A stretch of 64,000 nt of DNA from Minicystis rosea (lineage in GTDB: Bacteria > Myxococcota_A > Polyangia > Polyangiales > Polyangiaceae). A program made the position numbers and the translations under genes. The DNA is taken from NCBI GenBank assembly GCA_001931535.1, contig CP016211.1:4247573-4311572 (forward strand). Reading direction: 5' to 3'. Shown piece by piece: positions 53,934 to 63,446 of the stretch (positions are counted from its first letter, which is position 1; each line of letters begins with the position of its first letter). Under the pieces are notes generated by a model. It saw only the letters and a program-made list of their open reading frames with translations, made no database searches and was not told the origin of the DNA.

Positions 53934-54089
53934 TCCGGAGCGTGGGCGCCCAGCGGAGTATGGAAGACTCTACCAGAGCGTCAGCGCGCCGACCGATCTT
54001 TCTTCCCACAGCGGCCTGCGCGCCGAGACTGCGGCCGCTCTCGAGACTTCGCCCGCTCCCCGCGAGCGCGCTATCATCGCTCTGCTTTC

Positions 54090-55670
54090 ATGCGCGCATT
54101 TCGGCTTGGCATCGTGATGGCCCTCGTGCTGTGCGGGGCGCTCCCCGCCTGCGGCGCAGGGGAAGCCGGCTCCAGCACCGGGGGCAGCGGCGGTGGCACC
54201 ACGGTGCCGCCCAACCATGCGTCCGTGCGCTTCGACGAGACGGGCACCCTCGCGCTCGCGCCAGGATCCACGCACGTGCTCGGCGTCGTCGGCGAGCCGG
54301 CCGCGCCCTACGCGATCGCGTTCACGTTGCTCGGATCGCCGCTCGACGGCTGGCTCGATCCGCCCGTCACCACCGCCGGCTCGACGGGTCACGCCGGCGT
54401 GGAGCTCCACGCGCCTTCGCAGGCCACCACGTTCCACGTCCGCGCCTCGCTGCTCGACGAAAAGGGCGCGCCCGGCGCCAGCGCGGAGCGCGCGGTCGCC
54501 GTCAGCGATCAAGGCTTCGGCTCGATCCGCGTCGAGCCCATGTACGGCGGCCACCGGACCGTGACGGAGTGGACGGCGAGCGTCGTCGCCGGTCCCACCT
54601 GCAACGATCTCGCGACGACCCTGCCCGAGGAACCGCCCGGCGCGCTCGGCGCCACGGCCCCCGCCGGCGCGGTGCCCATCATCAAGAACGCGCCCGTCGG
54701 CCCCAACCTCGCCGTCGTCATCCGCGCCGGCCACTTCGCGTGGGGCTGCGCCAACACCACCGCGCTCACGCCCGGCGGCACCGTGACCGTCCCCGTGAAG
54801 GTCATCGACAAAGCCCTCGATCTCACGGGCGCGAGCCTCCTCACGACCTTCGATTTCAGCGGGGCCGCGGCGGCGCTCTCGCCGCTCCTCGCGGCCGCCG
54901 GCGCGCTCGTCGCCGAGACCTTCCTCCCGAGCAACGGCAAGGAAGGGTCGGTGATCTTGAACGCCATGGCGGCGTTGGTCCCCAGCAGCAGCACGGCAGC
55001 GTTCTCCACGCAGCGCATCGACAAGGGATGGGATGCGCTCGCGACCGCGCACTTCTCCAAGCTCGCGCCCGGCCTGCGCGATCGGCTCGTCCTCTGGTCC
55101 TCCGCCGGCCTCGCGTCGCAGTCGCTGTCGCTCGACGCGCTCCTCGCCTCCGGCAACCCAGGCCCCGCGACGGCGACCGTGACGCGCTTCGGTGACGTCG
55201 ACGGCGCGGCCGCCGGCGCCTCCAAGAGCGTCCCGCTCACGTGGAGCGCGGAGCCGCAGGACAAAGTGATCCTCAGCGCCGACATCGGGTGGGAGCCGTC
55301 CCGCTTCGCCGGCAATGCCGCGCTCGCGGCGGCGCAGGTGGACGTGCCCGACGCCGCCTCCGTGTCCGACGCGCTCGTCGCGGTCGCCGACTGCCCCGGC
55401 CTCGCGTACGCCCTCGGCAGCTTCGGTACCTGCGACGCCGCCTGCATCGAGCAGCTCTGCGAGAAGGCCATCGGCACCCGCTTCGGCGCGGCCCTCGATG
55501 CCTCGCTCAAGACCGCGGCGCTCGGCACCCTGTCCATCAAAGCCTCGGCCGACGCCACGGTCGGGGACACCGCGCAGCCCACCGGCCTCTCGGGCCACTG
55601 GCTCGGCGACCTCGCGGTCGGGGGAACGAGCATCTCCCTGAGCGGCACGCTCACCGCGCCCGCGCCGTAG
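54090..55670 (+). CDS. Large lipoprotein (526 aa), Ala/Gly/Ser/Thr-rich, of unknown function.
   Basis: The lipobox reads MALVLCGALPACGAG. Beta-rich composition is consistent across the ORF. The track ORF 52869..55670 extends far upstream through antisense of the kinase-like gene. The ATG at 54090 fits the signal peptide. Confidence 0.65.
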   Translation: MRAFRLGIVMALVLCGALPACGAGEAGSSTGGSGGGTTVPPNHASVRFDETGTLALAPGSTHVLGVVGEPAAPYAIAFTLLGSPLDGWLDPPVTTAGSTGHAGVELHAPSQATTFHVRASLLDEKGAPGASAERAVAVSDQGFGSIRVEPMYGGHRTVTEWTASVVAGPTCNDLATTLPEEPPGALGATAPAGAVPIIKNAPVGPNLAVVIRAGHFAWGCANTTALTPGGTVTVPVKVIDKALDLTGASLLTTFDFSGAAAALSPLLAAAGALVAETFLPSNGKEGSVILNAMAALVPSSSTAAFSTQRIDKGWDALATAHFSKLAPGLRDRLVLWSSAGLASQSLSLDALLASGNPGPATATVTRFGDVDGAAAGASKSVPLTWSAEPQDKVILSADIGWEPSRFAGNAALAAAQVDVPDAASVSDALVAVADCPGLAYALGSFGTCDAACIEQLCEKAIGTRFGAALDASLKTAALGTLSIKASADATVGDTAQPTGLSGHWLGDLAVGGTSISLSGTLTAPAP

Positions 55671-55804
55671 CCCGCCGCGCGAACGACGGGCTTCGGCTCC
55701 TGCGGCGCGTCGTAGCTCCGGTCGTCCGGGCCGGCGGTGCCGGCGAAAAGATTCCTGTTTTCGGCCTTCTCGTGCGGTCGACACGTCCCGTATGCTGGCG
55801 CGCC

Positions 55805-58800
55805 ATGCGGACGTCTTTCTTGTTCGGCTCCTGCGCGCTCCTCGCACTTGGCACCGGCCTCGGCTTTGGAGCGCTCGCCGCGAGCTGCGGCGGCACCACA
55901 CCCGTGGGCTCCGGTGGTTCAGGCAGCACGGGCACCGGCGGGACCGGCGGCTCCGTCGAGCAGCCGATGCCCGGTGAGATCTGCACCGATTCGACGCTGG
56001 ATCCTTCGCAGATCAAGATCCGCGTCACGCCCGCGAAGATCTTCCTGCCGACCTGCGCCGATGGAGCGTCGGGCTGTACCACGCGCACGGTGAAGGTCTT
56101 CGTCGATCCCGACACGTGCCAGCCGAGCCCGGTCACCTTCGAGGTGCCGAGCGATCAGCAGGACATCGTGCGCACGCCGGCGGCGACGCAGGTCTCGCTC
56201 CACCACGACGAGGTCCCCGTCACCATCACCGCCGGCTCGAAGCCGGGCACCGCGACGATCACCGTGAAGGTCGCCGTCCAGCCCGATCCCGCGAACAAGG
56301 ACGCGAAGCCCGTCGAGGTCACCACGCCCATCACGGTCGAGGTGCTCGACCCCGCGGTGCCCACCTGCACCGGGACGCCGGCCTCGGGCACCGTGCACGC
56401 GGACGCCGTGCCCGTCGCGCTCGGCGCCGCGAGCATCCGCCTGCCCAAGGGCGCCGACACCGCGCCGTACAACAGCTTCCTCTGGAGCGTGCCGGCCTTC
56501 GACGCGACCGTCGGGTGCTCCGCCGATCTGTCGATGCCCGGCCACGTCGCGCTCGGGCCCGCCATCACGTTCGGCCCTGAAACGAAGGTCTTCCCGCGCG
56601 AGGTGCCGCTCTCGATCCCGGTGAACCCCGGGCTCTTCCCGAGCACGGCGCGCCTGCGTCACCTCGTGGTCGCGTACTCGGGCCCGGCCTTCAAGAAGCC
56701 GCGCGCCATCCCGATCGCCGACGCGCACTTCGAGCAGGTCAACGGCCAGTGGGCGCTCCGGTTCATGGCGCCGCGCCTCGGCACGTACCAAGCGTTCGTG
56801 CCCACCGACGCGGGCACCAAGTCGATCAAGCGCCAGCTCAGCTACCGCGGCGTCACCGGCGTCTCCATGGGCGGCGGCGGCTCGGCCACGTTCGGCCTGC
56901 GCCACCACGATCTCTTCGACGTCATCGCGCCGCTCGGCGGCCCCGTCGATTGGACGTGGCTGCTCAACTACATCGAGACGAACCACCTCGGCGGCTTCCG
57001 TCCCATCACCAAGGGGACCACGCTCCCGCAGATCCAGCTCGCCGCCACCGCGTGCACCGTCGACACCGACTGCCAGAACGACGAGAAGTGCATCGGCCCG
57101 ATGGGCAACCCGCCGGGCAAGTGCGTGCTCATGCCCAAGCCCACGGAGCCGTACCTCCACCCGCAGACGTTCAACACCTGGTGGTACGAATACCCGCGCG
57201 CCGGCAACGGCGGCAGCTTCGCGCGCGACGACTACTCGCAGATCTTCCGCGACCTCGCGCTCATGTACGGCAACCCGAACGGCGACAACTTCTCGCCCAA
57301 CGGAGAGAACCTGCCGGCCGGCGTGCCGCCCGATCACGGCAGCGTCGTCGGCGATCATCCGAACCGCGAGTGCGCCGTCTGGGTCGATCCGCTCGACTGC
57401 GCCGACGGGACGGACACCTGCCCCGAGAAGCAGAAGCAGCAGGAGATCCACAACAACTGCCCGCACGAGCGCTGCAGCCACACGCTCACGCTCAACAACT
57501 ATTACGACGACGAGTACAACCCCGACGGCATCTTCCCGGTCATCACGGTCTGCGACGGCAGCCCGCAGAACCAGTCGCTCACGCCGTACGCCAACACCTG
57601 GAGCGCGGGCACGAACGACTACCCGCTCGAGGTCGGCCTGGCCGTCGACTACAACGGGAATGGGGTCCGCGACGAGCTCGAGCCCATCATCCGCGCGGGT
57701 CACGAGCCGTGGCGCGACGTCGGCACCGACGGCGTTCCGAGCTCGCAGGAGCCCGGCTACGTGGCCGGCGTGAACGAGGACCCGGCCGGCGACGACTACG
57801 ACGCGCAGTACAACCCGACCGGCACCGAAGGCGATCACCGCTACCAGCAGGGCGAGCCCTTCGACGACTACGGCCTCGACGGCGTGCAGGGCACGAAGCA
57901 GCAGCCCGCCGACGGCTGGAAGAAGCCGGGCGACGGCTACGACGTCGGCGAGGGCGACGGGAAGTTCACCGTCTCGCGCGGCCTCCAGCGCTTCTGGGAC
58001 GGCGACGCGCACTCGATCGTCCGCCGCATGGTCGATCCGAGCAAGGTGCCCGGCGGCGACCTCGGTGACGACGCGCTCTCCCGCATCGACTTCTGGACCG
58101 ACGGCGGCCTGCGCGACCTCTTCAACTTCGGCGTCGACGCGCAGCACCTCATCGGCACGTTCGCGGCCCGCGGCCGCGGCGTCACGTACCTGACCGGCTT
58201 CGGCCAGGCGCCCGGCCTCGATCCGTCGATGCCCAGCGCCTACGATCCCAAGCTCGTCGACTTCGACGATCTCCCGGGCGTCGTCTTCCAGCGCTACGGC
58301 AAGATCGATCCGACGGCGACCGACATCGAGAACGGCAGCGGCCAGCACGTCGGCACCGGCCTCGAGGTGGCGTCGCGTCTCGAAGCGGCGTTCTACTTCA
58401 TCGCCTCGCGCTGGCGGCACCGCACCGATCTGACCCTCCGCGTCGAGGACAGCGACGACACCAACTCGATCCCCGACTGCCTCGAAGGCAGCCACACCAT
58501 CACGTTCCCGCCGGAGGGCACGGCCACCGGCCCCTCGGGTCGCCGCGCCCCCATGGGCATCAGCTTCCCGCCCGGGTACTGCAACAAGCACCTGCAGAAC
58601 ATCCGCTACCCGGTCATCTACCTGCTCCACGGCTACGGCCAGGGGCCGGAAGATCTCGAGGCGACCATCGTCCTCCTGAAGAACTGGATGAACGACTCCC
58701 GCCTCAGCGGCGCCCGCCGCCTGCCCAAGGCCATCATCGTCTACGTCGACGGCCGCTGCCGCACCAACCCCGACGGCTCCGCCGAGTGCATCCGCGGCAG

Positions 58801-58924
58801 CTTCTTCACCGACAGCGTGCGCAAGACCGGCGCCCAGGACGAGCAGTGGTGGCTCGAGCTCAGCGACTACGTGAGCAAGACCTACCGCACGCTCCCGGGC
58901 GAATCGATCGAGTGGACGCCGTAG
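55805..58924 (+). CDS. Large lipoprotein (1039 aa) with N-terminal Ig-like beta domains, Cys-rich inserts and an esterase-family alpha/beta-hydrolase module.
   Basis: The lipobox reads LGFGALAASCGG. The nucleophile elbow reads GVSMGGGGS (GxSxG). The motif YLLHGYGQGPED is typical of the putative-esterase family. Many paired Cys are present. Confidence 0.75.
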   Translation: MRTSFLFGSCALLALGTGLGFGALAASCGGTTPVGSGGSGSTGTGGTGGSVEQPMPGEICTDSTLDPSQIKIRVTPAKIFLPTCADGASGCTTRTVKVFVDPDTCQPSPVTFEVPSDQQDIVRTPAATQVSLHHDEVPVTITAGSKPGTATITVKVAVQPDPANKDAKPVEVTTPITVEVLDPAVPTCTGTPASGTVHADAVPVALGAASIRLPKGADTAPYNSFLWSVPAFDATVGCSADLSMPGHVALGPAITFGPETKVFPREVPLSIPVNPGLFPSTARLRHLVVAYSGPAFKKPRAIPIADAHFEQVNGQWALRFMAPRLGTYQAFVPTDAGTKSIKRQLSYRGVTGVSMGGGGSATFGLRHHDLFDVIAPLGGPVDWTWLLNYIETNHLGGFRPITKGTTLPQIQLAATACTVDTDCQNDEKCIGPMGNPPGKCVLMPKPTEPYLHPQTFNTWWYEYPRAGNGGSFARDDYSQIFRDLALMYGNPNGDNFSPNGENLPAGVPPDHGSVVGDHPNRECAVWVDPLDCADGTDTCPEKQKQQEIHNNCPHERCSHTLTLNNYYDDEYNPDGIFPVITVCDGSPQNQSLTPYANTWSAGTNDYPLEVGLAVDYNGNGVRDELEPIIRAGHEPWRDVGTDGVPSSQEPGYVAGVNEDPAGDDYDAQYNPTGTEGDHRYQQGEPFDDYGLDGVQGTKQQPADGWKKPGDGYDVGEGDGKFTVSRGLQRFWDGDAHSIVRRMVDPSKVPGGDLGDDALSRIDFWTDGGLRDLFNFGVDAQHLIGTFAARGRGVTYLTGFGQAPGLDPSMPSAYDPKLVDFDDLPGVVFQRYGKIDPTATDIENGSGQHVGTGLEVASRLEAAFYFIASRWRHRTDLTLRVEDSDDTNSIPDCLEGSHTITFPPEGTATGPSGRRAPMGISFPPGYCNKHLQNIRYPVIYLLHGYGQGPEDLEATIVLLKNWMNDSRLSGARRLPKAIIVYVDGRCRTNPDGSAECIRGSFFTDSVRKTGAQDEQWWLELSDYVSKTYRTLPGESIEWTP

Positions 58925-59039
58925 CGCGCCCCCGCGCCGGCTTCGCCCTCCTCGCGAAGCCGGCGCACCACGGCTCCCCCCGAGCCGCTGTCTCCAATCC
59001 CTCCCCGATCCGTCGAACCCAACCCACTGCCAACGGCGG

Positions 59040-59257
59040 AGGTGTGCTGCGCGTTGGGCGACCCGGTGGAAGCGTTCCGGAGGGTGTCCTGCGCGTTGGG
59101 CGACCCGGTGGAAGCGTTCCGGAGGGTGTCCTGCGCGTTGGGCGACCCGGTGGAAGCGTTCCAGAGGGTGTGCCGCGCGTTGGGTGACCCGGTGGAACCG
59201 TTCCGGAGGGTGTGCTGCGCGTTGGGCGACCCGGTGGAACCGTTCCGGAGGGTCCGG
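59040..59257. repeat. 39-bp tandem repeat, about 5.6 copies, in a convergent intergenic region.
   Basis: The unit gt(c/g)ctgcgcgttgggcgacccggtggaa(g/c)cgttcc(g/a)gagggt starts at 59040, 59079, 59118, 59157 and 59196, plus a partial copy. It contains a near-palindrome GGAAGCGTTCC. No frame gives a plausible protein. Confidence 0.8.
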
Positions 59258-59413
59258 TAACGCCGTCGCCACCACGGAAGTGGCGGAAGCCGGCGTCGGT
59301 GACGCCGTTTCCACCGAGGGAGCGGCGAAATCGGCGCCCAAGCTGGCGAGCTCGAGCGCCGAGGGTGGCGACTTCCGTGGCGGCGGGTCGGTGCGGTGGA
59401 GACGGCGGGGCGA

Positions 59414-60331
59414 TCAGACCGTCTGACAGACGTCCTGCACGAGGCCGCGGAACCAGGCGTGCGCAGGGTCGTGGGTCTGGCGCTCGTGCCAGAAGGCGCT
59501 GACCGTGAAGTCGGACAGCTCGATGGGTGGGGCCACCATCGTGAGGGGCAGCATCGCGGCGAAGCCGCGGGCGATGCGCTCGGGGAGCGTGAGGAGCAGA
59601 TCCGACTGCGCGACCACGAGGGGCGCGGCCAGAAAGTGCGGGATCATCAGGGCGACGCGACGCTTCTTGCCGAGGCCGTGGAGCGCGGTGTCGACGAAGC
59701 CGCCGCGCCGCCCGCGCGGGGAGATGAGCGCGTGATCGAGCGCGACGAACTCGTCCAAGGAGAGCGCGCCGTGCACCTTCGGGTGCCCCGTGCGCGCGAT
59801 GCACACGAAGCGCTCGTGGAAGAGGCGGCGCGACACCATCCAGGGATCGTCGGCGTCGTAGAGCACGCCCACCGCGAGATCGACCTCGCCGTCGGCGAGC
59901 TGCTTCTCGATGGTCTCCATGCGGAGCTGCCGCACCACGAGATCGACGGCGGGCGCGTCGGTGCGCAGGCGCGCGAGGAGCGGAGGCACGAGCACGAACG
60001 AGCCGAAGTCCACACACGCGAGGACGAACGGGCGCCGCGCCTCCCGCGGCTCGAAGCGGGGCGTTTGATGGAGCGCGCGATCGATCTCGCCGAGCGCGCG
60101 GCGCACGGGCTCGACCAGCTCGAGCGCGCGCGGCGTCGGCACCATGCCCTGCGGCGTGCGCACGAAGAGCGGATCGCCCACCAGCTTGCGCAGCCGTCCG
60201 AGCGCGTGGCTCATTGCCGGCTGCGTCAGGCCCACGCGCTCGGCGGCGCGGGTGACGTGGCCCTCTGCGACCAGCGCGTCGAAGACCACGAGCAGGTTGA
60301 GATCGGTCGTGGAGAGCCGCGGCGCGTGCAT
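59414..60331 (-). CDS. LysR-family transcriptional regulator.
   Basis: From the internal Met, the N-terminal wHTH reads LNLLVVFDALVAEGHVTRAAERVGLTQPAMSHALGRLR, followed by a LysR substrate-binding domain. The upstream 35 track codons are Gly/Arg junk. Confidence 0.85.
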   Translation of the reverse strand: MHAPRLSTTDLNLLVVFDALVAEGHVTRAAERVGLTQPAMSHALGRLRKLVGDPLFVRTPQGMVPTPRALELVEPVRRALGEIDRALHQTPRFEPREARRPFVLACVDFGSFVLVPPLLARLRTDAPAVDLVVRQLRMETIEKQLADGEVDLAVGVLYDADDPWMVSRRLFHERFVCIARTGHPKVHGALSLDEFVALDHALISPRGRRGGFVDTALHGLGKKRRVALMIPHFLAAPLVVAQSDLLLTLPERIARGFAAMLPLTMVAPPIELSDFTVSAFWHERQTHDPAHAWFRGLVQDVCQTV

Positions 60332-60333
60332 GC

Positions 60334-61695
60334 TCAACGGCGGCGACGGCGGCGCATGGCCGCGAGCAGACCGACGAGCGCCGCGCCCGAGGCCGCCATC
60401 GAGGCCGCGCCCGTCGCCGGTGCCGCCGTGGCGCACCCGCTGTCGCCGCCCCCGGCGCCGGACGACGACGACGCACCACCACCGGACGACCCGCTCGTCG
60501 CGCTGCCGCTCGCGCCTCCATCGGGCGCGTCACAGCTCACCGCGCTGATGTTGGCGGCCGTCACCGGCCACTGCGAGACGCAGTGCTGCGCGACGTTGCT
60601 CGACGGATCGCAGGTCAGCGGCCCGCACAGACCGCCGAGGTGCATGAGCGGCGTGAACGTCTTGCCTTGGTCCTTCGAGATCCCGGCGGTGAAGCCGTCG
60701 ATGAACTCGTCCGCGCAGGCGTAGAGCCCATCCGCCGTCCACGTCAGGCACTTCGCGCCCACGCTCGAGACCTTGGTGAACGCGAGCGTGCTCGTGGGCG
60801 CGGTCCACACGCCGTCCTTGTCGCCGCCCACCGCCACCGTGGCCCCGTCCGGCGAGAGCGCGAAGCCGAAGAGATCACCCGTGCTCTCGAAGACCTTCGT
60901 CCACGTCTGCCCGCCGTCCTTCGTGACGACGAGCTGATCCTGCGGCGCGCCGTCGAGGCGCACGTACACGATGTCGGGGTTGTTCGGATCGATGGCGCCG
61001 ACATAGGGCAGGTGCGTGTCGTCGCTGCCCGGGATCGGCTTCTCCTGCCAGGTCGCGCCGCGATCGTCGGAGCGGTGGAGCACGCCCGCGTAGTTCGGCG
61101 GCCCCATGCGCCCGCTCACGTAGACGCGGTTGCGATCGGACGGCCCCGTCTCGACCGTCAGCGCGAGGAACTGCTTCGGCAGATCGGTCCCTGCCTGCGT
61201 CCACGTCTTGCCGTTGTCGGCCGTCTGCCAGAGCTGCCCCAAGAAGACCGGCTGCCCGGCGTCGTCCTGGCCGGTGCTGTTGGAGACGACGAGCACGCCC
61301 TTGGTCGCGTCGACCTTGTCGACCGCGAGATCGACGACGTACCGCTTGTCGATCCCGCCGCCGACGAACGACCAACCGCAACCATGATCGCGGGAGACGC
61401 TGAGCCCCTCGAAGATGCCCGCGAGGATGGTGCCGTCCGCCATGAACGACATCATCGGATCTTCCGATCCGGAGAAGCCCACCGCGGATTCGCAGACCCA
61501 CTCCCAACGCTGCCCAGCGTTCTTCGTGAACAGGATGCCGTAGGTGGCGCGCACCATGATCGTACCTGGATTCGCAGGATCCAGCGCGATCTGGCCGGCG
61601 GCGGGGTACCGCCCGTTGGCCGCGGCGCCCGCGGAGAAGGTGAGGGTCGCCGCCAACACGGAGAGGGCGGCCGTTCGGCTAGGAGAAGCTCGCAT
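60334..61695 (-). CDS. Secreted BNR/sialidase-like beta-propeller protein with a MYXO-CTERM-type sorting tail.
   Basis: The signal peptide reads MRASPSRTAALSVLAATLTFSAGAAA. Repeated SxDxGxTW BNR-like motifs are present (TADNGKTW, SDDRGATW, TKDGGQTW, SKDQGKTF). The C-terminus reads GCATAAPATGAASMAASGAALVGLLAAMRRRRRR, that is Cys, then a hydrophobic helix, then a poly-Arg tail. Confidence 0.8.
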   Translation of the reverse strand: MRASPSRTAALSVLAATLTFSAGAAANGRYPAAGQIALDPANPGTIMVRATYGILFTKNAGQRWEWVCESAVGFSGSEDPMMSFMADGTILAGIFEGLSVSRDHGCGWSFVGGGIDKRYVVDLAVDKVDATKGVLVVSNSTGQDDAGQPVFLGQLWQTADNGKTWTQAGTDLPKQFLALTVETGPSDRNRVYVSGRMGPPNYAGVLHRSDDRGATWQEKPIPGSDDTHLPYVGAIDPNNPDIVYVRLDGAPQDQLVVTKDGGQTWTKVFESTGDLFGFALSPDGATVAVGGDKDGVWTAPTSTLAFTKVSSVGAKCLTWTADGLYACADEFIDGFTAGISKDQGKTFTPLMHLGGLCGPLTCDPSSNVAQHCVSQWPVTAANISAVSCDAPDGGASGSATSGSSGGGASSSSGAGGGDSGCATAAPATGAASMAASGAALVGLLAAMRRRRRR

Positions 61696-61734
61696 CGCGC
61701 GCAGTGTACCGCGAAGCGAGCGATCGGGCGGCGG

Positions 61735-62064
61735 TCAGCGGCTCGGATAACCGTGGAACGGCGCCCGATAGCGACCTTGCCCCATCAGCGTGCGCTGGCG
61801 GGAGAGCTCCACGGGCTCGCGGCGGAAGATCATCCAGCCGTCCGGCGTCGGATAGAACCAGCGGCCGTCCACCAGGTACACGTACGAACCGCCGAAGGCC
61901 ACGTGCGGATAGGCCCAGATGTTCGGCGGCACCACGTCGGCGCGCACCATCCAGTCCCCGTCCGCGTAGGCGACCGAGAAGGCCCTGGCCGGCTGAATCG
62001 TGGCCTCGCACCCCGCCGCAGCCAGCGCCGCGATCGCCGCGAGCGCGACCCCGCCCACGCGCAT
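61735..62064 (-). CDS. Small lipoprotein (about 109 aa).
   Basis: The internal Met gives MRVGGVALAAIAALAAAGCEAT with an AAGC lipobox. The mature part is W/Y-rich (WMVRADVVPPNIWAYPHVAFGGSYVYLVDGRWFYP). Confidence 0.45.
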   Translation of the reverse strand: MRVGGVALAAIAALAAAGCEATIQPARAFSVAYADGDWMVRADVVPPNIWAYPHVAFGGSYVYLVDGRWFYPTPDGWMIFRREPVELSRQRTLMGQGRYRAPFHGYPSR

Positions 62065-62393
62065 CCAGGGGACTACCCAACGCGGCGCGGAATCCTCGCG
62101 CCGCGCGCCGTTCGCATCGGTGGCGTTGGTCGACACAGTTCCCTCCTCGGGGCGGGGCGGAGAGCAACGCGGGTGCCATGGGCGGCCGTCCGGTTCGTGC
62201 TCTGCCCACGCTGAGCTTGGCCCTCCGCGCCGCCTGGGGCTAAACCGGAACATGCCGAACGCGGAGGGATCGTGGGCCGTACGGGTTCCGGTCTTCCGTC
62301 GCGTCCCGGCTTGGACTACGAGCTAGCCTCGAACCTGCCCGGCCGGCAAACTGGGCGCGCGGCTCGCACGAGCCGGCCTCGAAAGGAATCAGC

Positions 62394-62615
62394 ATGAAGA
62401 TCGTCGCCCGTGTCCTGCCCCTCGTGCTCGCGCTGATGGTGCCTTCGCTCGCCTTCGCGGGGACGCCGAACGCGAAGAAGTCGCACGCGGGCCAGACCAC
62501 GAAGCGCGTCAAGGCGCAGGCCAAGCCGCACAAGGCCGTGAAGGCCAAGGCGCCCAAGGCCGCGAAGAAGGCGCCCAAGGCGCCCAAGGCCGCGAAGAAG
62601 GCCGCCATCAAGTGA
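62394..62615 (+). CDS. Small secreted, highly basic Lys/Ala-repeat protein (73 aa, histone-H1/AlgP-like KPAA repeats).
   Basis: AAGGAA sits 6 nt before the ATG. The signal peptide reads MKIVARVLPLVLALMVPSLAFA. The mature part reads KAQAKPHKAVKAKAPKAAKKAPKAPKAAKKAAIK. Confidence 0.5.
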   Translation: MKIVARVLPLVLALMVPSLAFAGTPNAKKSHAGQTTKRVKAQAKPHKAVKAKAPKAAKKAPKAPKAAKKAAIK

Positions 62616-62904
62616 TGGGCTCGTCCGGACGAGCTCGCGCGGTGTAGCACCGGGCGGTCGCCGTCATCATCACCGAGCGCGCCTCGGTCGACCTCCTCCG
62701 CGCTTCGTTTCACGCATTTCCGGACACATCGACAGCGGACGTCTCCGTGGTGATCACGATGGGACCGTGAGCGGGCCCATCCTCGTGCTGCCATGGCCGC
62801 GCGCCGGAGCAAGATTCCGTTGCCGCGCCCACGAATGGCGGCGCTTCCTGCGCGTCGAAGCAAGTAGGTAACGGTCTCCTACCGAGGATAGAGGGGTCTC
62901 GAAA

Positions 62905-63347
62905 ATGAATCGCAAACGATCCATGACGGTGGCCGCAGCGGCGCTCCTCCCGGTGATGCTGCTCATGTTCGGCAACGGTTGCTCGAGCTGCAAAAAGGAC
63001 GACGACGACAAGCCCGCCACGACGGCGAGCGCGGCTCCGCCTCCGGCGCCGACGCCCTCGGCGCCCGCCACGGTCACCCCGAAGAGCCGGTCGACGCCGG
63101 CACCGATGCCGGCGATGCGGGCCTCGACGCGGGCAAGCCGGGCGGCGGCTCGGCGGCGGGCAGCATCGCCAAGTGCTGTGCCGCGCTCCAGCAGAACGCC
63201 AACTCGGCGCCGCTCGATCAGAAGCCCTACTACATGGCCGCGGCCAACGCCTGCAACGGCATGCGCAACACGCCGAGCGCGCAACAGGCGTTCGCGCAGC
63301 TCCGCATGTTCCTCGCCGGCGCGAAGATGCCCGGCGCCTGCAAGTAG
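62905..63347 (+). pseudogene. Lipoprotein gene disrupted by an apparent -1/+2 frameshift near 63040-63090 (a pseudogene or a sequencing error).
   Basis: Frame A begins with the lipoprotein signal MNRKRSMTVAAAALLPVMLLMFGNGCSSC, then turns Arg-rich after about 63100. Frame B (track ORF 62979..63347) carries the plausible C-terminus DAGTDAGDAGLDAG...IAKCCAALQQNANSAPLDQKPYYMAAANACNGMRNTPSAQQAFAQLRMF but has no signal peptide and no credible start. Confidence 0.4.
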
Positions 63348-63446
63348 CGCCGCGCCCGAGGCCCTCGGGCCTCTGCATCGCATCCCGCTTCATCGCCTCG
63401 CCGGCCGCTCCATGCGACGGCGGGGCGATGCTCGTTCCATGGGTCG

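Noticed and set aside
53970-55901. A 643-aa minus-strand ORF, plus the upstream 400 codons of track ORF 52869..55670.
   Set aside because: Both are Arg/Gly-rich with no motifs. The plus-strand lipoprotein (54090..55670) and the minus-strand kinase-like gene (52749..53933) explain the region.
55919-59341. A 1140-aa minus-strand ORF.
   Set aside because: It is antisense to the esterase-like lipoprotein gene, which has a signal peptide and a GxSxG motif. Its composition is Arg/Ala/Gly-rich.
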